Positions 38,801 through 50,800 of a stretch of 64,000 bases of DNA are shown here, piece by piece. Location: positions 97,092,001 through 97,156,000 of the forward strand of contig OX597818.1 of the NCBI GenBank assembly GCA_951406725.2. The letters run 5' to 3'. A model generated the notes under the pieces. The model searched no databases, had not been told where the DNA came from, and saw only the letters and a list, made by a program, of their open reading frames with translations. The DNA comes from Octopus vulgaris (taxonomy: Eukaryota). The translations under genes and the position numbers were made by a program. Each line of letters begins with the position of its first letter. Within the stretch, counting starts at the first letter, position 1.

Positions 38801-41800
38801 TGTCCCTGTAACTTAGCAGTTCAGCAAAAGAAACTGATAGAATAAGTACCAGGCTTAAAAAAAAAAGGGGAAAAAAATACTGGGATCAATTTGTTTGGTT
38901 AATATTCAAGGTGGTGCCCAAGCATGGCTTCAGTCTAATGACTAAAATAGGTAAAAGGTAAACTTCCAATCATCCTGTAAAAGCCTCTTTCACTTTTCTA
39001 AAAATAATTTGCTTTCATGCTCTTTCAATTTTTAGAATCTTTAAATCTCTCTCAATTGTTTGTTCACCTTACATCCTGCATCAAGATCACCCATTAATGA
39101 TATTTTGCTTTCTGAAATACTTTACCCTATGTTTAAGATGATTGGATGATAGAAATAGTAGAATGTTAGATTTAAATAATACTTCAGAGCAATGCTACTC
39201 AGTGGTGGTCCGCAGACCGGTGCCGGTCTATGAGCAATCAGCTGCCGGTACATGGCAAGTTTCCAGAAAAACATAAAATGCTTATGTAGTATTGTATTAT
39301 TTGTTTACAAAATAAATATAAAATAAAAAAATGTCAACTTTTATTATATTAATTATATTGTTTCCAGTATAAATTAATACTAGCAGTATCGCTCAGTGTT
39401 GCTTGGGTTTGTTTCAACCCTTTAGAATTGGAATTTTTGAAAAGTAAAAATTTTGCATTATGTAGCTTATTCTCTTTAAGTGAACATTTTTCTGGTTGAA
39501 ATATACTGAAAAATGGCGACACAGCAGTTAAAAAATCGTAAAAAAATAGGGAATATCATAGAAAAAAAGCACCTTTTTGATGTAAATAATTTTTGGTCTT
39601 AACATGGTCCGATTTGAATTTTTTCTTCTATGGAAGGAAGAGCAAGCCTTCTATCATACTCTCAATTTTGGTCAACTTGCGCTGCAGGGTCTTGGAAGAG
39701 ATAGTGTTAGTTAAAGGCTACCAAACCTGCCATACACAGACAACTTCAGCTTTATATATATAGAGAGATTAAGAAATATTACCAGTCCCCAGCACATTGG
39801 GGGGTGGACTGCTGGTACGCCACATCAGATAGTTTGAGATGTACTGCTTTAGAGCATTTATCTGTATCATTTGGTTCTAGATACATAGCCATGTAAAGTT
39901 ATGTAATGGGATTAAATGACTAAACAATTTCTACTATAGATTTGTATCTTTGTGGCACGATCAAATGAGTCCTCGTAATTCTAACTTCTGCTCTTCCATA
40001 CTTGCATGGGTCAGATGGAATTTGTTGAGGCAGATTCTTTACTAATGGCTGACCTCCTGCCACCAACTCTCACCTGTTTCCCATGACTTTTTCCAAGCAT
40101 GACCCGTTTCCTCATGACTTGACATTATTCACAGAAGATTAGAAACAAATACCGCTGCTGTATAAAAGCAACACTTTGACTATAATGTAATTTCAAGACA
40201 AGGAAACACACAAAAAACAGGCTTCTTTCAGTTTCTGCCTACCAAATCCATACATAAGGCTTTGGTTGGCCCAGGATTATAGCAGAAAACACTTGCCCAG
40301 GGTGCTATGGAGTATGACTGAACTTGAAACCATGTAGTTGGGAAATAAACTTTTAAACCACTTAGCTAAGGCTATGCCTTTTAATTTAACATTTGCTTTT
40401 CCATGCCTTCATGGGTCAGACAGAATCTATTCATCATCATCATCGTTTAACGTCCGCTTTCCATGCTAGCATGGGTTGGACGGTTCAACTGGAGTCTGGG
40501 AAGCCCGAAGGTTGCACCAGGCCAGTCAGATCTGGCAGTGTTTCTACAGCTGGATGCCCTTCCTAACGCCAACCACTCAGTGAGTGTAGTGGGTGCTTTT
40601 TATGTGCCACCGACACAGGTGCCAGACGAGGCTGGCAAACGGCCACGCTCGGATGGTGTTTTTTATGTGCCACCGACACAGGTGCCAGACGAGGCTGGTG
40701 AACGGCCACTCTCGGATGGTGTTTGTTACGTGCCACCGGCACGGAGGCCAGTCGATGCGGTACTGGCTACGGCCACGATCGGATGGTATTCTTATGTGCC
40801 ACCGGCACTGGTACCACAAAAATACAAATTTCATTGATGTTCATTGATTTTGATTTGATTTGATTTGATTTTCACTTGCCTCAACAGGTCTTCACAAGTG
40901 TCCCAAGAAGGAAGGTATGCAGGTGGACCGACTACGTCCCAGGTAGGGACCATGGGTTATGGCCTCATGTGACCTGCCGGGTCTTCTCGCGCACAGCATA
41001 CTTCGAAAGCTCTTGGTCTCTGGTCATTTCCTCGGTGAGACCTAAAGCATGAAGGTCGTTCTTCACCACCTCATCCCAGGTTTACCTGGGTCTACCTCTT
41101 CCACAGGTTCCCTCAACCGCTAGGGTGTGGCACTTTTTCACACAACTATCTTTATCCATTCTTACTACGTGTCCATACCAGTGTAGACGCCTCTCTTGCA
41201 CACCACATCTGATGCTTCTTAGGTCCAACTTTTCTCTCAAGGCACTTACACTCTGTCGGGTATGAACACTGACATTACACATCCTACGGAGCATACTGGC
41301 TTCATTTCTTGCGAGCTTACGCATATCCTCAGCAGTCACGGCCCATGTTTCACTGCCATGTAGCATGGCTGTTCGCACACATGCATCATACAGTCTGCCT
41401 TTTACTCTTAGCGAGAGGCCCTTTGTCACCAGCAGAGGTAAGAGATCTCTGAACTTTGCCCAGGCTATTACTTTAACTCTTTAGCATTCATATTACTTTG
41501 TCAAATGTGATGCTTGTTTATTCACATTCATCATCATCGTTTAACGTGAGGTTGTATTATTCACAAAATATCCAGTTTCTCCTGACTTTAACATGTCACT
41601 TATCAACTGGTGCAGTATGTAAAAAATACTGTTTTCATACTGAATGGTCATAAGCTGCCACTTTTCTACTAATTAATATTTATGATTACTCACCTTATAC
41701 TCCCAGTATACGCAACCCCTTCCTTGCATCTAAACTTGAACTTGTAGACCTCTATTTCTGTCACCATTGTTCTCTGAAGTCCTTCTCATCACCAACACCC

Positions 41801-44800
41801 AAATTGCAGTTTATTATAACAAAGCTTCTCAACTTTGATCTCGTTAGTTATTTAGATTTGCTGATTAGTCATATCTTTGCATCTGGTATCTTAATTTTTA
41901 CTTGTTTGGTTGTTGGTCTGTGGTCATGCTGGGGCACTTTCTTGAAGGGCTTAATAGAACAAATCGAATCCAATACTTAAGTCTGGTACTTATTCTGTCA
42001 GTTTCTTTTGCCAAACCTCTAAGTTGCAGCAATGTAAACAAACCTACAAACAGTTCTCTCCCTCTCTCTCTCTCCCTCTCTCTCTCCCTCTCTCTCTCCC
42101 TCTCTCACTCCCCCCTCTCACTCCCCCTCTGCATAGAACCACTTCGGCAATTACTTGAAAAAATATACTGAAAATTAGTTTTAACCTAACGGTAAATGTT
42201 TGCAACTACATAATTCATAATGGATATCTTATTTTTTTTTTTTTTTTTAACCCTTTTAACTCCTCTTCTTAAAGACATTGATTCAGACTTCACCAATTTG
42301 ATGGAAACGGTTAATAAATAGCTCTGCAAATGGCCAACAAAAAGAAAGAAAAAATAAGATAAAGTTCAATGAATATCTAATCTTAGGCAAATAAGGGAGG
42401 CAACTCCGGACGTTTTGGTTTAATTAAACTTGTGTAAAATAATGGCCATAAGTGGTTAAAGTTGTCAAAATTGAGTAAATATCCAAACACACATACTGTA
42501 GAAAACATTGATTAGTAGATTAGTGCCATCATACTTAATGAAGTTGAGCAATAAAATCTAATTTTTTTTGTCTTTACTTCTACAACTCTATATTAATGTA
42601 CATAGTATTGTATATACTAGTGCATATCATTCTTTTACTTGTTTGAAATTTACTGTGACCATGCTGGAGCACCGCCTTTAGTCGAACAAATCGACCCCAG
42701 GACTTATTCTTTGTAAGCCTAGTACTTATTCTATCGTTCTCTTTGCCGAACCGCTAAGTTATGGTGATCTAAACACACCAGCATCAGTTGTCAAGCGATG
42801 TTGTGGGGGGACACACACACATACATGATGGGCTACTTTCAGTTTCCGTCTAGCAAATCCACTCACAAGGCTTTGGTCGGTCTGAGGCTATAGTAGAAGA
42901 CACTTACCCAACGTGCCACGTAGTGGGACTGAACCCAGAACAATGTGGTTCGTAAGTAAGCTACTTACCACACAGCCACTCCTATGCCTATCATTGTACA
43001 TATCTGTGTAATGGTTCTTTTATTACTCATCTGGTATATATGAAGTATTGCTTATACTGAAACATGTAGAGATGTTGGCTATACCAAGATAACATTTAAT
43101 ATTAATCGAGTCAATGATTTTTTTTTTTTATACCTGCCCCATCATCATTGTCATTGTTCATTGTCTATGTTCTGTACCAGCAGGGGTTGGACAGCGTGAC
43201 ATGATCTGATGGGTTTGAAAACTGTCATACTCCAATGTCTGCTTTGGCATGGTTTAATGGCTCAATGCTCATCCTAGCACCAGTCACTTCACAACATGTG
43301 TGTGTGTGTGTGTGTGCGCCCCTGTCTCATCAGTACTAGTGAGTTGCCACGCAGCTTGAATGACAGATACTCTTCAACTAAGTGGGGATGTAATAGTGAT
43401 TTTATGCTAGGAGATGAGGGGTTCAAGTATGAGAGAATGGCCAAAACTGAACAGGTCTCTCGCTGTAGAGGAGTTACATGGTTACTCATATTATAGGAAA
43501 GGCTGAAAATAAGGTGGAGCTTGGGTGGAAAGAAAATAAAATTAGTGGTAATGAGATGTCAGGGTGGAACCTCAAAGAGGCGAGTAGAAGTGGAGACAGG
43601 CGAACAAGGATCAGTGGATAGAGGTTGCTTTTACTATCTTTTTTCTCTTACTTGTTTCAGTCATTATTGTGGCCTTTGCTGGTGTACATCTTAGAATTTT
43701 TAGTCAAAACTTATGTTTTTAAAGCTTAGTATTCATTTTATAGGTGTAGGGACATAAACATACCAAAACTAGTTGCTAAGAGGTGACTTCAGTTTTCATC
43801 TACCAGATTCACTTATGAGGAGGCTTTAGTTGACCTGAGGTGCCACACTGTAGGGCTGAACTCAGAACTATGTGGTTAGAAAGCAAACTTATGACACAGC
43901 CATGCTATATATTGAAATTTTCCCTTCTAGTTACATTACGAGTTACTACATTACAGCATTAACTTAACTGTTATTCTTCATGTGGATCTTGTCTCAGTTG
44001 TCTCTTAAAACCCTTTGATTTTCATTCCATCTTCAGAAAATGCTTAAAGGAAATTTTACAAAGCTATATGCATTGATGACTATTTTGCTTTGTGATACAC
44101 ATAATTTTGAGTTTAGAAACCTATTGTAAAGATAATGTTTGGTATAGATTTAGTGTTTTACTTGTATTCATCTCTGACATTTGTAATGATAGAAAAATTT
44201 ACTTTTCTAGTTGAATAAAGAGCACAGCCATGGCCATGTGTTTCAAGAAGTTTACTTCTCAGCCACATTGTTTCAAGTCCAGTCTTGTTGTGTGACACCT
44301 TGGTAGGTGTCATCTGTTATAGCTCCAGGCTGAATGTTATAGCCTGAGGCTGGCCAAAGCCTTATGAGTGAATTTGGTAGGCTGAAAGAAGCACATTGTG
44401 TATGTGTGTGCTTATGCTTGCATTTTACAAAAGTCTCTTGCTACAAGTGGTGTTATTGCTGTAACTTCCGTCAAGAAATCGTTTCTTCTCTTGAAAAGCA
44501 GGTGAGGGTTAGTGACAAGAAGGGCATCTGACTGAAACAATGCCTCAATAATGTATTTAATCCATAGGGAAAATAGATGTAGAACAAAAAATGAATTTAC
44601 AATGTATTTTTACATTTTCCTTTGTTTTGTTTCCTTCCAGGTTTTGTGGCTTAGATGATGAAATTGTCATTTTACGAAAAATCCCCGAAGAAGGTAGTTC
44701 TTTACAAAGGTATTGAAAATAAAAAGCTGTGTACTTAAAAAAAAAATGCTAAAGATGTTGAGTTTGTAGAAGTGTCTATAGTTTAAAACTAGCAGATAAC

Positions 44801-47800
44801 CAAAGAAAAATTTAATATATCCTTTTATTTCTTCTAAGGACAACCAGAAATGAACTAGTGTGGAATTATTTTTCTATTTTAATGCTTCCTTTTAATCTTA
44901 ATTATCTAATTGTGTGTTCCGTTTTCACTTCAGCTACATGGGTAAAGGTATAGTCCAGGTGCCTCCAAAAGTCGTATGGGACACAGTTCGAAATCCACGA
45001 ACAAAGTTCACTTATGATGAGAGTCTTAAGGTAAGAAGTTTTGAAACTTTGCATAGTGTGGTGATGCATTTGCTTAGCATAACGCCTGATGGCTAATTTA
45101 CTTTTGAATTTTATGAATCTGATTGTCATTTCTAGCTTTCCTGAGAAATAGATAAATCTTAATAAAGTGTCAAACTTTTGGCTTTTCAAATTCTAAGGCC
45201 TCTCTTCCAACTCTTAACATACCTGAAACTGCTTCATAGTTTTGAAAATTTAAATTCAAATCTTGGATTAATATCATGTTATATAACATTAAATTTCAAT
45301 ATATAAACATGCTTATTATCAATTTATTTCACTAAACCTCTTATAGTCTCTGATTATTTTGGTACTTTAGACCTAAAATGACAGTATATTCATTTTGGAA
45401 ATGTGGTCACACCAGGTTAAGCTTTCTAAAATGAATTCAATTTATAATGGTCATTGAATTGTAACAATGGGGTAGTCAAAAAAAGCTTGTAATAAGTGGG
45501 ATGGTGGTTAAGGTAATTTGAGAACTGTTTTAAAACGTATGACTTATTTCCCCTTGTAACTTCTTACATCCGACTGACAGCATGAATATACTCTGTAGAT
45601 GCTTCTTGATGCTTCCGTTTTATCAATTTCTTTAAATCTGTTTAAGATGCTGTAAAAATAATTTTGTTCATTTGAGAATATATTTTATTAATTCAGTCTG
45701 AAGTTTTTAGTAAAATGCAATTAAAAAAAAAGAGATTGTGAAATAGAGAAAAAAAAGAAAAAAAAATTGAGCTTAGTTCTTCAAACTGAATATATACCCA
45801 TCAATTATCTAGCCTATTTTGTTATCTACAGCAGGCTATAACTGTCTATGCTGTCCATTTACAGTTGTTTAACCCCAGGTCAGTCCTGATCTCGCAGACA
45901 TATTGTTTTTCTTTACAAATGTGTATTATCTGGAATTACATTATCCAGTTCATTCTTTTAACACTGTATAAAATTTTTAAATATGCTAAAATTAGCAGAA
46001 TACCCTCCTCAAATCATAACCTACAAACTTTCTCACGAGCTCCTTCATTTAGTTATGTACTGGATGAGTGAATGAAAAGTATCTTTCTTCCTCAGATATG
46101 TCTCCCAGCTCTTAAGATTAGAATTATTGACCCTTCATCTACATCCCTATAGTCTTAACCAGTTTTCACTTTCAGATATTTTTTCTTTTGCACCTTTTTT
46201 TTTATTCTTTTCAATATTGAATGTTATTTCACTGTTATAACTATGTTTTTGTTTGTATTTCAGAAAGTTGATGTTTTGGAATCATTTCTTGAGAGCCTAA
46301 AAATTGGTAAGATTCAGTAAAATGTTATATTTGCATATTTAAGATTTAATTGATGGAACCATATTTCTTTAGCTCTGGACCATTCTTTGTTGTGGATTTG
46401 TCATTAAAAAGTTACAAGTTAGCAATAACACAAATTATTGTAAAGATAGAATCAGGAGTTGCTGAATAAGGAAAATGTGTTGGAAAATGGTTTACATGAA
46501 GTGTATCTAATAAATACCAGCTATTAAGGTTGTTGTAGAAAGGGACATTAAAGTTATAAAGACAGGGAAAGCAGCTGCACCATGTTGGATAGTTGAGATA
46601 ATTACAGTATCCTGATTGTCAATCAGGTAATATTGGATGTTTGTCTCTAATGACTAATGTAGCATTATCATCATGAACTGCCACAATGGTAAAGGAAATG
46701 CTTGAGAAAGAAGCAATCATTGGAGGCATTAAACTGTTGGATCAATCATAAAAGTGGCAAGGGTTAGCAAGGAGATAATTAATGAGTTTGTGCCTGGATG
46801 TGGAACTGATGTCTTATTCCTAATGAGACAAAACAATTTCTTAACCAAAACTAAAGACTTTGAATTCATTCATTTGGAGAAAGTCCTGACAAGGTACTGT
46901 GTTCCACAAACTGGTTGGTGGTCACTAAAACAATGGAAAGATGAATGATTTGTGAGAGGTGTACAAGTAATGTACTGTCAGCAAAATGAGTTAACAATAA
47001 GGTTAGCAAGCAATTTAGCAGAACATATTTCAACTCTTAATAGCTGCTAAAACTCTACAAAGCTCAAGTGAGGTCCCCAGTCAAGTACTGTGCCTACATT
47101 TGGGACTATGAGGTTGCTGTTTACATTGACATCCTGGACTGCATCCAGAGAAGGGCCACTTGTCTGATTGGCATTCCATCACAAATGGACACACTTCAGC
47201 TTCTGGCTTGTGGGTATGCTGTCACTTCTGTCTTTTCTATTGCTACTATTATGGCCTCTGGGTTGGACTGTTTGCTATGGAGCTGGATCCAATTGACTGT
47301 TGTGGCATGGTTTCTATGACTAGATGCCCTTCCTAACACCAATCACTTCAGTGTTTGCCGGGTGCTTTCTATGTGCCACAAGCATGGGTGTGTTTATACA
47401 GCACCAGTTTGAGTGCATTCTATGTGGCACCAGCACCTGTAAAGGACAATCTTGTATGTATGTATGGATGAAAGATTTTACTTAGCTTGGTGTGTTTTCT
47501 CAAGTACAGCTAATCACAAACTTGTCGACTTGTGGGTGCAGACATGACTGAATATCTAAAAATGTTTTTAATTCTTCAGATTGACTTGTCTTGTGAATAA
47601 AATCTTGTAAAAGGAAACTGTGTGGAAGCCTTTCAGAAGGATGACATTGTTAACAATGACTCATGTTGCTTATATTTTTTTTTGTTTTGCAGTATATTTC
47701 TACCATGAAGTGGTTGCACTATTCCGTAAAGACTGCTGTGATGCTTGTGTTGTTTTGAGTGAAAGATTGGAGAACAACCGCTTCATTTTATCAATGCAGT

Positions 47801-50800
47801 CAGTAGACTATGAGAATACACGGAGAGACAAGGATGCTACAAAAGCATTAGTTAGTTGATCCTTTTATCTTTTTTTATATTTTTAAACTACTAATCACTT
47901 GTTACCGCACTCCCTTGCATTACTGTTACTATCACTAACGTTGACTATTATTAATACTACTATTGAAACAACCTTCTGCTATCACTTTTTTTTCCCTCTT
48001 ACTGTCACTACCATCATCATTACCATAACATTTTCTATGTGCAAATTAACCAAATAGGCCAAGTGCTGTGCTTAAAGATGTTTCTAAATGTTTACTTTGG
48101 TAATGTAGTATGGTCTTTCTTGTAATGGTTTATGTTTTAGCCATTACACTGTTTTCTCAACATCAGACATTCTGACTGCTAACAGCAATAGACATTCTAA
48201 CTTAACGATGGAGGTAAAGAATATGTACACCATAACAATATGTTCAGCATAACAAAAACCTTAAACCCTAACCCTAAATAACGGGTGTATGTATTTACTT
48301 TTGCTGTCTTTAATATATACCAAGACTTCATGGAGTATGGGCTCCAGAATTATATAATGCTGTGTTCTAGAATTATAAAATATGAAAGCTGGTGTTTAGA
48401 AGAACTGAAACCCACTCAGAGCTACCTTCAAATCAATGACTGCTTAGTCTTTTCATAGAATTGTTTTTAAGTGTCACAGAAGGAAATAAAATTGTTTTCA
48501 GTCATTAGTTTCAGGCAGTCTCTTTGGCCTACTTATGTCTATTTGTAGGGATATTTCTCTTTACATTAGCATACCTTAAGTGCCTTTGACAATGAAACAT
48601 TCAAGTCCATTGACTCTTCCTTTTGAAGTTTGACCAGTAGTTGATATTGTAACAGTAAACATTTGAACAGCTTGGAAGGAATGTCTGACTACTTTCTATT
48701 TCAATAAAACTCTTATTTTAAAAGATAATGCCATGATTAGACAGGCAAACATCAACTAGAAAAGTATATTTTCTTCAAAATTTAGACTCCTTCATGATCT
48801 GACCAATATCAAGCTCAGGTTTGTGTTGGTTTGCTTTCCTGCAGTACAGGAGTCATGGACGAGTTGCCTGAGAGATGCACTTTTGATATTGTAACTGTGC
48901 TAACAGCAATTTGGACCATCTCTGTATGGACTTGTATAAGCACAAAGATGAAGAATGGAAAAATGAAATAAAGAGCATGGCTATTTGAATTTTTTCTTTT
49001 TTTGCATCTTACTCTTGTAACAGCTGTTGTATCTCATAATATAACTGATTTTTTTTTTTTTTTCAATTAGTCCTGAATATTTCCTGATTTTTTTTTTCTT
49101 GCCACTCGTAATGAATGTGCAGTTTAAAAGCAATCTGTTAATACAACCCAAGATGGTTGTGTGCAGTTAGATTAGCATGGATATAATGATAAATAGCTTA
49201 ACGTCATTAGGAAAGTAGAATGAATTGTTAGTATGTTGTTTCATCCTAGTACAGAATTTGAAAATGACTGTATTCTATTTTACAGATTAAGCCAAGTGGT
49301 TGGATAATTGAGCCATTGGTCAAAGATAATCGGCTGTGTTCTATGGTTACATATATAATGCAGGTAAGTAAAGGGATCCTTGATTCCCATTTGTAGTATT
49401 CTACCTGAGTATTGAATTTAAATTGGACAATGCATTTGAAGATAACTAGCCAACTTGTAACTTTAAATAGAAAAAAAAAAAAAAACTGAGCAAAATAATA
49501 TAACTCAGTGAAAAGCTTCAAGGGTGGTGTATGTTATTTTTCTTTAATTTTGGTTAGTGTTGAATACTTCATGTTGATGGTATCTTCCTTGTAGACATGT
49601 TGGTCAAAGCAAGCTGATATGACAAAGAGTTTGTGGAGAAAACCTTATTCAAGCTGTTACTCTCACATATAGTTGATGCTAGAATATATCTACCTATCCT
49701 GTGAATATTTCTGGGAAATTTTGTATGAATTTCATTAACTTGACACAGGCCCGTTTTTGTAGACATGGGATATAGTTAACTGAATTAACCTCAGTATATT
49801 TTTGTCAGTTATTTTATTTGCTTTAAAAGATGGAAATTCAAAGTTCACATTAGCAGCATATGAGCTCACAACATCTAAAACATCTTGGCAAATAGATTCA
49901 TCATCATTTGAACTAAATCTATCACTTAAAGAAAATATGAAAGTTACACACCCTAATAGGTGACCATACTTTTTTAATACTCAAACAGAACAGGAAAGGG
50001 TCTCTATACATGCTTGTGCGCACATACATGCACACACACACACACACACTATAACCTTTCCATTTTACCATTTGCCAAACCTACTTGCAAAGATTTGGTC
50101 AGCCTAATGCTGTAGTAGAAGAAACTTGCTCAAAGTTTAATGGCAGAACCTGAAACACTGTTAGGAACCAACTTTCTTAACCATACAGCCATACCTAATC
50201 TGTTTTTCTATTGTGTATGTTTTCATTTAAAAATAGTGATTTGACACAGATAATGAGCTGACAGAAATGGCTAAGTAGTTTTGTCAGTTTCCTTCACAAT
50301 GATTTTAAAGTCCTTAGGAGACCAAGTTTTTTTTTCCATTGTCCTGTGATCAGTAAATTAAATATCAATAATGTACAAGGATAGAGTCCATTAGTTACAC
50401 CTACCCACCTACAAATTGGACTGATGCTTAGTAATAAAATCTATAATGATGATACTGGCTATTTTATACCCTCTAAAAACATGTTTGAGCAGTGGTAGTT
50501 TAAAGTTAGTAGTAGGGAAGCAGATTTAATTTGATTGCTTGGTGGTAGGATGTATCAAGGTGTGTTGAAAGAAATTTTCACAGTAGATTAACCTTCTTGT
50601 TAGATTATTTCTATTGAAATACTCTGCCTTTTGTTTCAATTTTGAAAAATATTGAATTTAATCAAATAAATTTATCATTCCTAAAACGGTGTTTTAAATG
50701 AAATTGATATGAAATTTTAATGGAGTTTTTAAGATCACTTTAAACAGGAAGTTTGTATTATAGAATCATGGACAGTCCCATGCAGGTTGGTATCAAAAGG

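Noticed and set aside
40463-40847. Repeat-with-variable-spacer pattern and 85-130 aa ORFs (also 32434-32998, 60920-61219)
   Set aside because: They lie in the RTE 3' UTR; the spacers are diverged homologues of one another, and the ORFs are chance GC-rich frames.
48255-48282. ccctaaccctaa telomere-like motif
   Set aside because: Only about 2-3 units; too short to call an interstitial telomere.
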